This document shows positions 1 to 8,443 of a stretch of DNA of 27,921 bases, one piece after another; the first letter of the stretch is position 1; every line of letters starts with the position of its first letter. Made by a program: the position numbers and the translations under genes. The notes below the pieces were generated by a model. The model ran no database searches. It saw nothing but the letters and a program-made list of their open reading frames with translations, and was not told the origin of the DNA. Origin of the DNA: Pseudomonadota bacterium (GTDB lineage Bacteria > Bdellovibrionota_B > Oligoflexia > Oligoflexales > CAIYRB01); assembly GCA_031416315.1 (NCBI GenBank), contig JANOTL010000114.1, positions 1 through 27,921 on the forward strand, in the 5' to 3' direction.

Positions 1-2
1 TC

Positions 3-1262
3 TTCGCGCTCGCCGAGATCGTCGCGCACGCGCGGCGCCACTCGGCATATTATCGTAACCTTTACAGTTGTTTACCTCCCGACGTCGGGCAGGTCGCGGC
101 GCTGCCGATCGTCGATCAGAACGAGTTTTGGGCGGCGAATACGTTGGCAGGGAACCAGCTTCTCACCGGACCGCTCGAGGAAGGCATCGTCTTCAAGAGC
201 GGCGGCACGACCGGCGTGCCGAAGTTCTCGGCGTTCACGCGCGAGGAGTGGGACACCTTCACGCGCGCCTTCGGCCGAGGCATGGCCACGCGCGCGCTGC
301 GGGCGAAGGATCGCGTCGCCAATCTGTTTTACGCGGGCGACCTCTACGCCTCGTTTCTCTTCATCATGGATTCGATCGAGCGCGCGCCAGTCGCGGCGCT
401 CCAGCTGCCGATCTCCGGCTCGACGGCGCCGGAGTCGGTGGAGAAGCATCTCAAGGACTTTCGCGTCACCGCGATCGCCGGCGTGCCGACGACCCTGATC
501 AACCTCGCCGAGCGCTTCGCGGCGCAGGGGACGACGTTTCCGCACGTCGAGCGCCTGCTTTATGGGGGCGAAGCGCTTTACCCCGATCAAATGCCGATGC
601 TCAAGGCAGCCTTTCCCGAGGCGGAGCCGCTCTCCATCGGCTATGCCAGCGTCGACGCCGGGCTTCTGGGCTACGCCGACGCCAGCTGCGAGAACGGCGA
701 GCATTTGCCCTTCCTGCCGGAGACCATCCTGGAAATCGTCGACGAGGACACCGGGGCGCCCATCACCAAGCCCGGCGTCACGGGAAAAGTCCTGATCACG
801 AGCCTAACGCGGAAGCTGATGCCGATCCTGCGCTATCCGGCCGGCGACCTCGCCGCTTGGGTCGAGCCGGGCAAACGCTTCAAGATCCTCGGGCGCTCCG
901 AGGAAGGCGCGCGCGTCGGCCCGGTGACCGTCTATGCCGAGGACATCCGCCGCGTCTTGAACGAGGTCGCTCCGAGCGGCACTTTTCATGGCTTCCAAAT
1001 CGTGCTGACGCACGAGACCGGGCGAGACCGCCTGGAGGTGCGCGCGGCCGTCGGCGGCGCGAGCCGCAGCGGCGACGCGGGCTACGCCCTGGCGCAAGCG
1101 GCGCTCGGGAAGCTGCACGAGGCTCGGCCGATGCTCGCGGAGCTGGCGGAGGCCGGCAAGATTCTGCCGACGCGGGTGACGCTCGTCGCGCCCAGCGAGC
1201 TCGAGACCAACGCGAGGACGGGAAAAATGAAGCAGGTGCTCGACCGCAGGCGCCCGTCGTGA
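3..1262 (+). CDS. Phenylacetate-CoA ligase (PaaK/F390 synthetase)-family AMP-dependent ligase, 5'-truncated by the window edge
   Basis: The frame of ORF 144..1262 is open from position 3 (FALAEIVAHARRHSAYYRNLY...LPIVD). It has the P-loop SGGTTGVPK, YGGE, GYASVDAG, MPILRYPAGD, GRSEE and a C-terminal TGKMKQVLDRR. Confidence 0.85.
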   Translation, partial: FALAEIVAHARRHSAYYRNLYSCLPPDVGQVAALPIVDQNEFWAANTLAGNQLLTGPLEEGIVFKSGGTTGVPKFSAFTREEWDTFTRAFGRGMATRALRAKDRVANLFYAGDLYASFLFIMDSIERAPVAALQLPISGSTAPESVEKHLKDFRVTAIAGVPTTLINLAERFAAQGTTFPHVERLLYGGEALYPDQMPMLKAAFPEAEPLSIGYASVDAGLLGYADASCENGEHLPFLPETILEIVDEDTGAPITKPGVTGKVLITSLTRKLMPILRYPAGDLAAWVEPGKRFKILGRSEEGARVGPVTVYAEDIRRVLNEVAPSGTFHGFQIVLTHETGRDRLEVRAAVGGASRSGDAGYALAQAALGKLHEARPMLAELAEAGKILPTRVTLVAPSELETNARTGKMKQVLDRRRPS

Positions 1263-2515
1263 CGGGCGCGACGCGGCCCGCTTTGGTGTGGCGAAACGCG
1301 TCCTTTCGTCGCGTGTGGCTCGGACAAGTGGCGAGCCAGGCGGGCTCGCGCATGTGTCAGATCGCGCTCGTCTGGTGGCTGGTCAAGTCGACCGCCGAGG
1401 GCGAGAGCGGCACCTACGTCGGCGCCTTCATGCTCCTCTCGGCGCTGCCTTCCATCCTCTTGTTCAAGCCGATCGGGCGGCTCTTGGAGCGCACTTCAAG
1501 TAAACTTGTTTTGGTTTATGCGGCGCTCGCCGCCGCGCTCGTGATCGCGGCGCTCGGGGGTGTCCTCCATTTCGGGCTCCTGACGCCGGTCCTGGCCTGC
1601 GTCTTCGGCTTCCTGACGGCGACCTGCCAGTCGTTCGTCGACCCGACCTTGCCGAAGAGCGTGCCGGAGCTGGTTCTCCCGGAGGAGGTGGAGGAAGCGG
1701 TCGCGTACGAGACGTCGACGCAGTCCCTCGCCAACGCCGGCGGCGCCGTCTTCGGCGCGATGCTCGTGGGAGCCGTCGGCTTCCCCGGAGCGATCGGCTT
1801 GAACGTGCTCGGGTACGCGTTCGCGGCGTTGATGACCTCGCGTGCGACCTTCACGCCGACGGTGGCCGAGGCGCCTCGCGCTGAGCCCGAAGGCGCTGCC
1901 GCAAAAGCCGCCGACGCCGCCGCCCGTTCCTCCGGCCTCGGCCTCCTCAAAGACCTCCCTCTCGTCCGCAAGCTCCTTTACTCTGCCGCTGCGATCAATT
2001 TCTTCGCTGCGCCGACCTTCGTCATCTTGCCGCTTTACGTGAACAACATCCTGAAGTCCGACGCGACGACGCTCGGGGCCCTAGAAGGCGCCCTTTGGCT
2101 CGGCCTTCTTGCGGGCGCCTTCGCCTCGCGCCTGGTTCCCGCGCGCTTTGGCGTCGTGGATGTCGTCGCGGCGATGCTCACGATGTTCGCCGCAAGTCTC
2201 GTCATTCCCGGCGTGGTGCATGTGAGCTACGCTTACGGAGTCGCGCTCGCGCTCGCTGGCGTCGCGGTCGGCGTGTCGAACGTCAAGCTCGTTGCTCTCT
2301 TCCAGAAGCTGGTGCCGGACGAGCGCAAGGGCCGCTTCTTCGCGCTGATGCAGGCGATGATCTCGGCGTCCTTTCCGTTGGCGATGCTGGTCTTCGGGGT
2401 CGCGGGGGATCATGTGCCGGCTTGGTCGCTGTGCCTCGCGCAGGCGGCCGGCGTTTTCGCGATCGTCCCTTGGCTCCTCTTATTGCGTCGTTTGGAGCCC
2501 CACCGGTCGCCTTAG
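1259..2515 (+). CDS. MFS transporter (macrolide-efflux/DHA3-like)
   Basis: GTG at 1259 overlaps the upstream TGA (GTGA). The N-terminus WRNASFRRVWLGQVASQAGS is typical of this MFS subfamily. About 12 hydrophobic segments and a C-terminal-half motif QKLVPDERKGRFF are present. Confidence 0.88.
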   Translation: MTGATRPALVWRNASFRRVWLGQVASQAGSRMCQIALVWWLVKSTAEGESGTYVGAFMLLSALPSILLFKPIGRLLERTSSKLVLVYAALAAALVIAALGGVLHFGLLTPVLACVFGFLTATCQSFVDPTLPKSVPELVLPEEVEEAVAYETSTQSLANAGGAVFGAMLVGAVGFPGAIGLNVLGYAFAALMTSRATFTPTVAEAPRAEPEGAAAKAADAAARSSGLGLLKDLPLVRKLLYSAAAINFFAAPTFVILPLYVNNILKSDATTLGALEGALWLGLLAGAFASRLVPARFGVVDVVAAMLTMFAASLVIPGVVHVSYAYGVALALAGVAVGVSNVKLVALFQKLVPDERKGRFFALMQAMISASFPLAMLVFGVAGDHVPAWSLCLAQAAGVFAIVPWLLLLRRLEPHRSP

Positions 2516-3636
2516 TCGATTGACTCGACGTTCACGTACATCGATCCATTTATTGCCATCGGCTCCGCTCCCAAGCCGCGGACGCTGCCGTCCCCTCCGA
2601 GGGCGATCGGCCGGTTGCTGCCGACCGGCGCGAATCGCTGCAAGAGACTCTTGGCCGCGCCCTTCAAACCGCCTTCGCTGGGGACGCCGCGGAACGCCAT
2701 GCGCATCGGAATGGCGGCGTTGTAGTGCGACGTGGCCACGTTGTGTAGATACTCGGCCGAGTACCCGACGTTGCCGGTGACGCCGACGGTGTTTATCCCC
2801 CAAGTGAAGATCGCCAAGGTTCCATCGTCCGCGATGGTGGAGCTCGTCGCGTCCAGGCCGCAGGCGCCGGGCATGCACTCCGGTCGCGGCCGCAAGGCGT
2901 AGAAGAAAGCGCCGTTGTCGACGTGGTCCGCCGCTGGCGGCGCTTCTCCATCGACAGCGTACAGGTAGCTCTTTCCGTCCGCCCGCCGATACTGGCGGAT
3001 CAAGACCATCGTCTCGCAATTGCCGTTGTTCAGCTTCACTTCGTGCGGCCCGGTGCAGGTCGCCTCGGGGATCACGGCGGTCGATGCCTCGGGGATCACG
3101 GCGGTCGATGCATCGGCCTCCACCGCTTCCGCTGCCTCGGCCGCCACGATTTTCCCAAGCTGCTTCGCGCCGCCGTCGAGCTCGACTTCGGCGGACTTCA
3201 CATCCGCGAGCTCTGCCGTCGACAACGCGGCGACGGTCGAATACCGCGTCTTGCCGCTTGCCGCGACGATCACCGGCTCGAGCACTTTGCCACCGGTCAT
3301 CGTAAAGCGTAGCTTCGCGAGCTTCCGCGCCGCGCTCTTCGCGCCGCTCGCGTCGAAGCCGCCACAGCCGTACCAGCCGTGACCGCTCGGCGCGACGCCG
3401 CCGGCCCCGACGAGCGCCGGCCCGCACTCGACGAGAAAGGCGCCCGAGACGTTCGCCGCGGGCTTCGCCGAGGTGATCGTCTCCGCCGGATCCTCGGCCT
3501 CGGACGCCGCCTTTTTCTCGACGGTGGATTTGGCGCCGCCGGCGCTCTTCGCGCCGCCGTCGCCGCCGAGCTCGGTGCCGCCGCCGCAGCTAGGGCAGAG
3601 CAGCGCGATCAAAAGAAACTTCGTGAGCTTTTTCAT
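2512..3636 (-). CDS. Hypothetical lipoprotein with a low-complexity linker and Cys-containing domains
   Basis: ATG at 3636 with a GAGGA SD just upstream. MKKLTKFLLIALLCPSC is a signal peptide with a lipobox-like Cys. The upstream part of ORF 2512..4149 overlaps the permease gene and is discarded. Confidence 0.7.
   Translation of the reverse strand: MKKLTKFLLIALLCPSCGGGTELGGDGGAKSAGGAKSTVEKKAASEAEDPAETITSAKPAANVSGAFLVECGPALVGAGGVAPSGHGWYGCGGFDASGAKSAARKLAKLRFTMTGGKVLEPVIVAASGKTRYSTVAALSTAELADVKSAEVELDGGAKQLGKIVAAEAAEAVEADASTAVIPEASTAVIPEATCTGPHEVKLNNGNCETMVLIRQYRRADGKSYLYAVDGEAPPAADHVDNGAFFYALRPRPECMPGACGLDATSSTIADDGTLAIFTWGINTVGVTGNVGYSAEYLHNVATSHYNAAIPMRMAFRGVPSEGGLKGAAKSLLQRFAPVGSNRPIALGGDGSVRGLGAEPMAINGSMYVNVESID
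3062..3109. repeat. Perfect 2 x 24-bp in-frame tandem repeat (encodes the duplicated STAVIPEA segment)
   Basis: gcctcggggatcacggcggtcgat occurs at 3062-3085 and again at 3086-3109. Confidence 0.95.
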
Positions 3637-3642
3637 CGAGTC

Positions 3643-3694
3643 CTCTCGGTCGCTAGGCTGCCGGGCTTGTCGGTCGCTAGGCTGCCGGACTTGA
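3643..3694 (-). promoter_or_regulatory. 24-bp tandem repeat forming two sigma-28-like promoters
   Basis: Units 3646-3669 and 3670-3693 differ by 1 nt. On the minus strand they read TCAAG-N15-ACCGACAA (distal) and ACAAG-N15-ACCGAGAG (proximal), against the FliA consensus TAAAG-N14/15-GCCGATAA. Confidence 0.6.
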
Positions 3695-3716
3695 GCAATC
3701 AAATTCTGCCGTTGAG

Positions 3717-4578
<862 letters not shown>

Positions 4579-4586
<8 letters not shown>

Positions 4587-5610
4587 CGAGCGGCTTCCTC
4601 CGGCGCCACAGGACGAAGGCGCCCTCCACCGAGACGAAGAGGACGACCACGGCCTGAATGATCGAGGCCAGATCGCGCGTCACGTGCTCGGTCTCGAGGT
4701 CGAGCCCCGCCGTGCCTTTCTGCAGCGCGCCGAAGAGCAGCGCGCTGAAGACGACGCCGACGGGATGGCAGCGCGCCAGAAGGGCCACGGGAATGCCGAT
4801 GAAGCCGTAATCCGGGGAGAAGCCGATGCGAAAGCGCCCGGAGTTGCCGAGCACCTCGGCGACTCCGACGAGTCCGGCGATGCCGCCGGCGAGCGCCATC
4901 ACCCAGAGCTGCACGCGCTTCGGCTCGATTCCGGCCGTCGCCGAGGCCTCGGGGCCGGCGCCGACGGCGCGCAGCTCGAAGCCGCGCGTCGTCCGCGACA
5001 GGAAGACGAGCGCGGCCGCGGCCGTGAGCAGGGCCATGATGGTCGCCGCCGTCACCGGCGCCCCCTCGAAGTAGTCGAAGCGCGTGAGCATCATTTCCGG
5101 ACCGATGCGACGCGACTCCGGATTCTGCGTGTCGAGGCTCCGCACGACGTAGAGCGCGATCCAGCTGGTCACGCCCGCCGCAATGAAGTTCATCATGATC
5201 GTGGTGATGACCTCGTGGCTGCCGCGCTTCGCCTTCAGCCAGCCGGGGATCAGCCCCCAAAAGGCGCCGCCGGCGAACGCGGCCGCGACGCAGAGGGGAA
5301 TGCCGACCATGCGCGGCAGGTCTTGACCCCAGACGCCCGCGAGCATCGCGGTCGCTGCGCCGAAGGTCAGCTGCCCTTCCCCGCCGATGTTGAAGAGCCC
5401 GCCTTGGAACGGCAGGGCGACGGCGAGTCCCGTGAAGATCAGGGGCGTCGCGAAGAAAAGCGTCATGCCGAGGCCGTAAGGCGAGCCGAAGGCCTCGTCC
5501 ACGATCACCTTCAGAACGAAGAACGGGTTCTCGCCGGCGAAGGCAGTGACCGTGACGCCGAGGAGGAGGCCGATGATGGCGACGAGGACGGGACGGAGGA
5601 CCGCGCTCAC
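4579..5610 (-). CDS. Nucleoside/sugar ABC transporter permease (NupP-like)
   Basis: Motifs TPLIFTGLAVA, GLFNIGGEGQ, HEVITTIMMNFIA, GFELRAVG and GFIGIPVALLA. Overlaps both neighbouring genes. Confidence 0.92.
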
Positions 5611-7184
5611 GCAGGCCTCCCGGAAGCGCCGCTCATGTGCCGGCCGAGGGTCGCCTCGTCGGTGCGCCCGCGCTCGGTCTCGTAGACGAAACGGCCGTCG
5701 TACATCACGAGGATCCGGTCGGAGAGCGCCAAGATCTCCTCCAGGCTGGACGAGACGAGGAGGACGCCGGCGCCCGCCTCGCGCTGCGCCAGGATCTTCG
5801 CGTGGATGAACTCGATCGAGCCGACGTCGACGCCGCGCGTCGGCTGGGCGCAGACGAAGAGCTGCGGCGTGTTGGCGAGCTCGCGCGCGATGACGATCTT
5901 CTGCTGGTTGCCGCCCGAGAGCGAGGACGCCAAAAGCTCCGGATCGCGCGGCCTGACGTCGAAATTCTCGGCGGCGTGCGCGTAGAGCGCCCGCGCCCGC
6001 TTCGCGCTCAGAAAGCCGCCGCGCGCGACCGAGACCTCACGGTGATGGCCGAGGATGAAGTTGCGCCAAAGCGCGAAGCCGAGGATGAGCCCCTGGCGGT
6101 GGCGGTCCTCCGGGACGATCCCGACGCCCAGGCGTCGCACCTCGCGCGTCGTCAGTTGGCGCACGTCCTTGCCGAGGATCTGCAAGGTCCCATGCGCGCC
6201 GCCGTGGCGGCGAAAATGCGCGCCCGGGTCGGTGATCAGGGCAAGGAGCTCGCTTTGACCGTTGCCCTCGACGCCCGCAATGCCGACGATCTCGCCCTTT
6301 TGCACTTCGAGCGAGAGCTCGGTGAGCGTCGCCTTGGTCGCGCCCTTGCGGGTGAGCGAGAGGCCGGCGAACGTCAACGCCGGCCCGCGGCGCTCGGGCG
6401 GCGGCGGCACTTCGGCCGTGAGGCGCACGGCGCGGCCGACCATCAAGGTGGCGAGCTCCGCTTCGCTGGTCTTCGCCACGTCGCGCTCCGCGACCACTTC
6501 GCCCTGGCGGAAAATGGTGACGCGGTCCGCAAGCCGCATCACCTCTTTCAGCTTGTGCGTGATGATCAGGATGGTGCGGCCCTCGTCGCGCAGGCGGCGC
6601 AGGTTGGCGAAGAGCTCGTCGGTCTCCTGCGGCGTCAAGACGGCGGTGGGCTCGTCGAGAATGAGGATGCGCGCGTCGCGGTAAAGGAGCTTCAGAATCT
6701 CGAGGCGCTGCTGCACGCCGACGGGGAGCTCCTCCACCGGACGATCGAGATCGACGGCGAAGCCGTAGGCTTTCGCCAGCGCCTGGAGCTTGGCTCTCGC
6801 CGCCCGCCGGTCGATCGGGGCGAAGGCCTTCAGGAACCGCGGCAGTCCGGCGAAGGCGGGCAGCATCGGCTCGACGCCGAGGACGATGTTGTCTAGACCC
6901 GACATCGGGCCCGCGAGCATGAAATGCTGGTGCACCATCCCGAGACCGGCGCGGTCGGCGTCGCGCGCCGAGCGGAAGTGGCGGACGACGCCGTGCGTGA
7001 CGATCTCGCCCTTGTCCGGGCGGACCATGCCGTAAAGCATCTTCATCGCCGTCGACTTGCCGGCGCCGTTCTCGCCGACGACGGCGTGGATCTCGCCCTC
7101 GTCGACGCCGAAGCTGATGTCGCGGTTGGCGACGCAGGCTCCGTAGGCTTTGGCGATGCCGCGCAGCTCGACCGCTCGGGCCAC
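5607..7184 (-). CDS. Nucleoside ABC transporter ATP-binding protein (NupO-like, tandem ABC domains)
   Basis: GTG at 7184 follows the TAA of the binding-protein gene. Walker A GENGAGKST, MVHQHFML, LILDEPT, second-domain LSGGNQQK and QPTRGVDVG. Confidence 0.92.
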   Translation of the reverse strand: MARAVELRGIAKAYGACVANRDISFGVDEGEIHAVVGENGAGKSTAMKMLYGMVRPDKGEIVTHGVVRHFRSARDADRAGLGMVHQHFMLAGPMSGLDNIVLGVEPMLPAFAGLPRFLKAFAPIDRRAARAKLQALAKAYGFAVDLDRPVEELPVGVQQRLEILKLLYRDARILILDEPTAVLTPQETDELFANLRRLRDEGRTILIITHKLKEVMRLADRVTIFRQGEVVAERDVAKTSEAELATLMVGRAVRLTAEVPPPPERRGPALTFAGLSLTRKGATKATLTELSLEVQKGEIVGIAGVEGNGQSELLALITDPGAHFRRHGGAHGTLQILGKDVRQLTTREVRRLGVGIVPEDRHRQGLILGFALWRNFILGHHREVSVARGGFLSAKRARALYAHAAENFDVRPRDPELLASSLSGGNQQKIVIARELANTPQLFVCAQPTRGVDVGSIEFIHAKILAQREAGAGVLLVSSSLEEILALSDRILVMYDGRFVYETERGRTDEATLGRHMSGASGRPA

Positions 7185-7185
7185 C

Positions 7186-8187
7186 TTATTTCGTGCCTTG
7201 CGCGTAGTAGTCGGGCACCTTGATCTTACCGGAGATGATGTCGGCTTTGATCTGGTCGGCCTTGTTCTTGACGGCGTCGAGAAGGATCGCCCTGTTGTTC
7301 TCGTCGATGGCGTAGTCGACGCCCTGGGTCGCGAGGCCTTGGCGCACGACGCCACCGGTGAATTTTCCGGTCTTCGCTTCTTCGGTGATCTTGTAGACGG
7401 CGATGTCGACGCGTTTCAGCATGCTGGTCAGGATGCGGCCGGGCTTTACCCAGTTCTGGTTGGAGTCGACGCCGATGGCGAGCATCTTCTTCTCTTCCGC
7501 GGCGTCGAAGAGCCCCATGCCGGTGGCGCCGGCCGCCGCGAACACGACGTCCGCGCCCTTGCTGAACTGCGCCAGCGCCAGCTCTTTGCCTTTCGGGGGA
7601 TTATTCCAGGCCTCGCCGGTGACGCCGGCGTAGTTGGAGTACACCTCGGCGTTCTTGTTGATATATTTGGCGCCGGCCTCGAAGCCCATCTGAAAGCGGC
7701 GGATCAGCGGGATGTCCATGCCGCCGATGAAGCCGAGCTTGCCCGTCTTGCTGGTCAAGGCGGCGATGGCGCCGACGACGAAGGAGCCTTCGTGCTCCTC
7801 GAACATGATCGACTTGACGTTCTTCGCCTCGACGATCGCGTCGACGATGACGAACATCCGGTCGGGGAACATGGCCGCGACCTTCTTGACGGATTCAGCC
7901 TGGCTGAAGCCGATGGCGACGATCAGATCGTATTTCTTCTCGGCCAGGGAGCGGAGCATCGGCTCGGAGGAGTTGTCGTCTCGGCCCTCGAGGACCTTGA
8001 TCTCGACGCCGAGGTCGCGCTCGGCCTGCTGGGCGCCCTTGAAGGCGGCGGCGTTGAACGACTTGTCGTCTTTGCCGCCCTTGTCGAGGACCATGCCGAG
8101 CTTGAACTTGGCCGGAGCGTCCGCGGCTTGGGCGGGAGTCGACAGCGGAGCCAGCAGGAAAAGGCTCAGCGTAAGGATCGTCTTCAT
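7186..8187 (-). CDS. BMP-family ABC transporter substrate-binding protein (purine nucleoside-binding type)
   Basis: Motifs GGKDDKSFN, FEEHEGSFVVG, GADVVFAAAGATGMG, AIGVDSNQ and TSMLKRVD. Likely start is ATG 8187 (MKTILTLSLFLL...AQA-A, a Sec-type signal with no lipobox). Confidence 0.92.
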   Translation of the reverse strand: MKTILTLSLFLLAPLSTPAQAADAPAKFKLGMVLDKGGKDDKSFNAAAFKGAQQAERDLGVEIKVLEGRDDNSSEPMLRSLAEKKYDLIVAIGFSQAESVKKVAAMFPDRMFVIVDAIVEAKNVKSIMFEEHEGSFVVGAIAALTSKTGKLGFIGGMDIPLIRRFQMGFEAGAKYINKNAEVYSNYAGVTGEAWNNPPKGKELALAQFSKGADVVFAAAGATGMGLFDAAEEKKMLAIGVDSNQNWVKPGRILTSMLKRVDIAVYKITEEAKTGKFTGGVVRQGLATQGVDYAIDENNRAILLDAVKNKADQIKADIISGKIKVPDYYAQGTK

Positions 8188-8241
8188 CGCTCCGGACATG
8201 TCGAAGGCCTCGCTCAAGCTGGGGAAGGGACCGGGGCGGGA

Positions 8242-8285
8242 AACTTACAATATCATTGGTGTTCTGGCAAGTTTTTTGAAAACTT
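8242..8285 (-). promoter_or_regulatory. Putative sigma-70 promoter of the ABC operon with an overlapping palindrome
   Basis: Minus strand TTGCCA (8265-8270)-N17-TAAGTT (8242-8247) in an AT-rich patch. Inverted repeat AAGTTTT-ttg-AAAACTT at 8269-8285. Confidence 0.5.
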
Positions 8286-8443
8286 TAGAATCTCTACGGT
8301 GTTCACGGCGAGAGGGCCCGTCCAGCTCGCTTTGACGCACGGGCGCAGAGGACCAGCGGCACCCCTGATGTGGGCGGCGATGTGCAAGGCGACGACCGCG
8401 CTCCCGGTCGGGCCGGACGGCGTCCGCGGCTAGCGGCGGGGGT

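Noticed and set aside
68..1258. Apparent ~400-aa N-terminal extension making an 815-aa MFS fusion
   Set aside because: It is an Arg-rich alternative-frame read of the ligase gene. The GTG at 1259 with a GTGA overlap explains the MFS start.
3062..3693. 24-bp repeats as a CRISPR array
   Set aside because: Each has only two adjacent copies with no spacers, and there are no cas genes.
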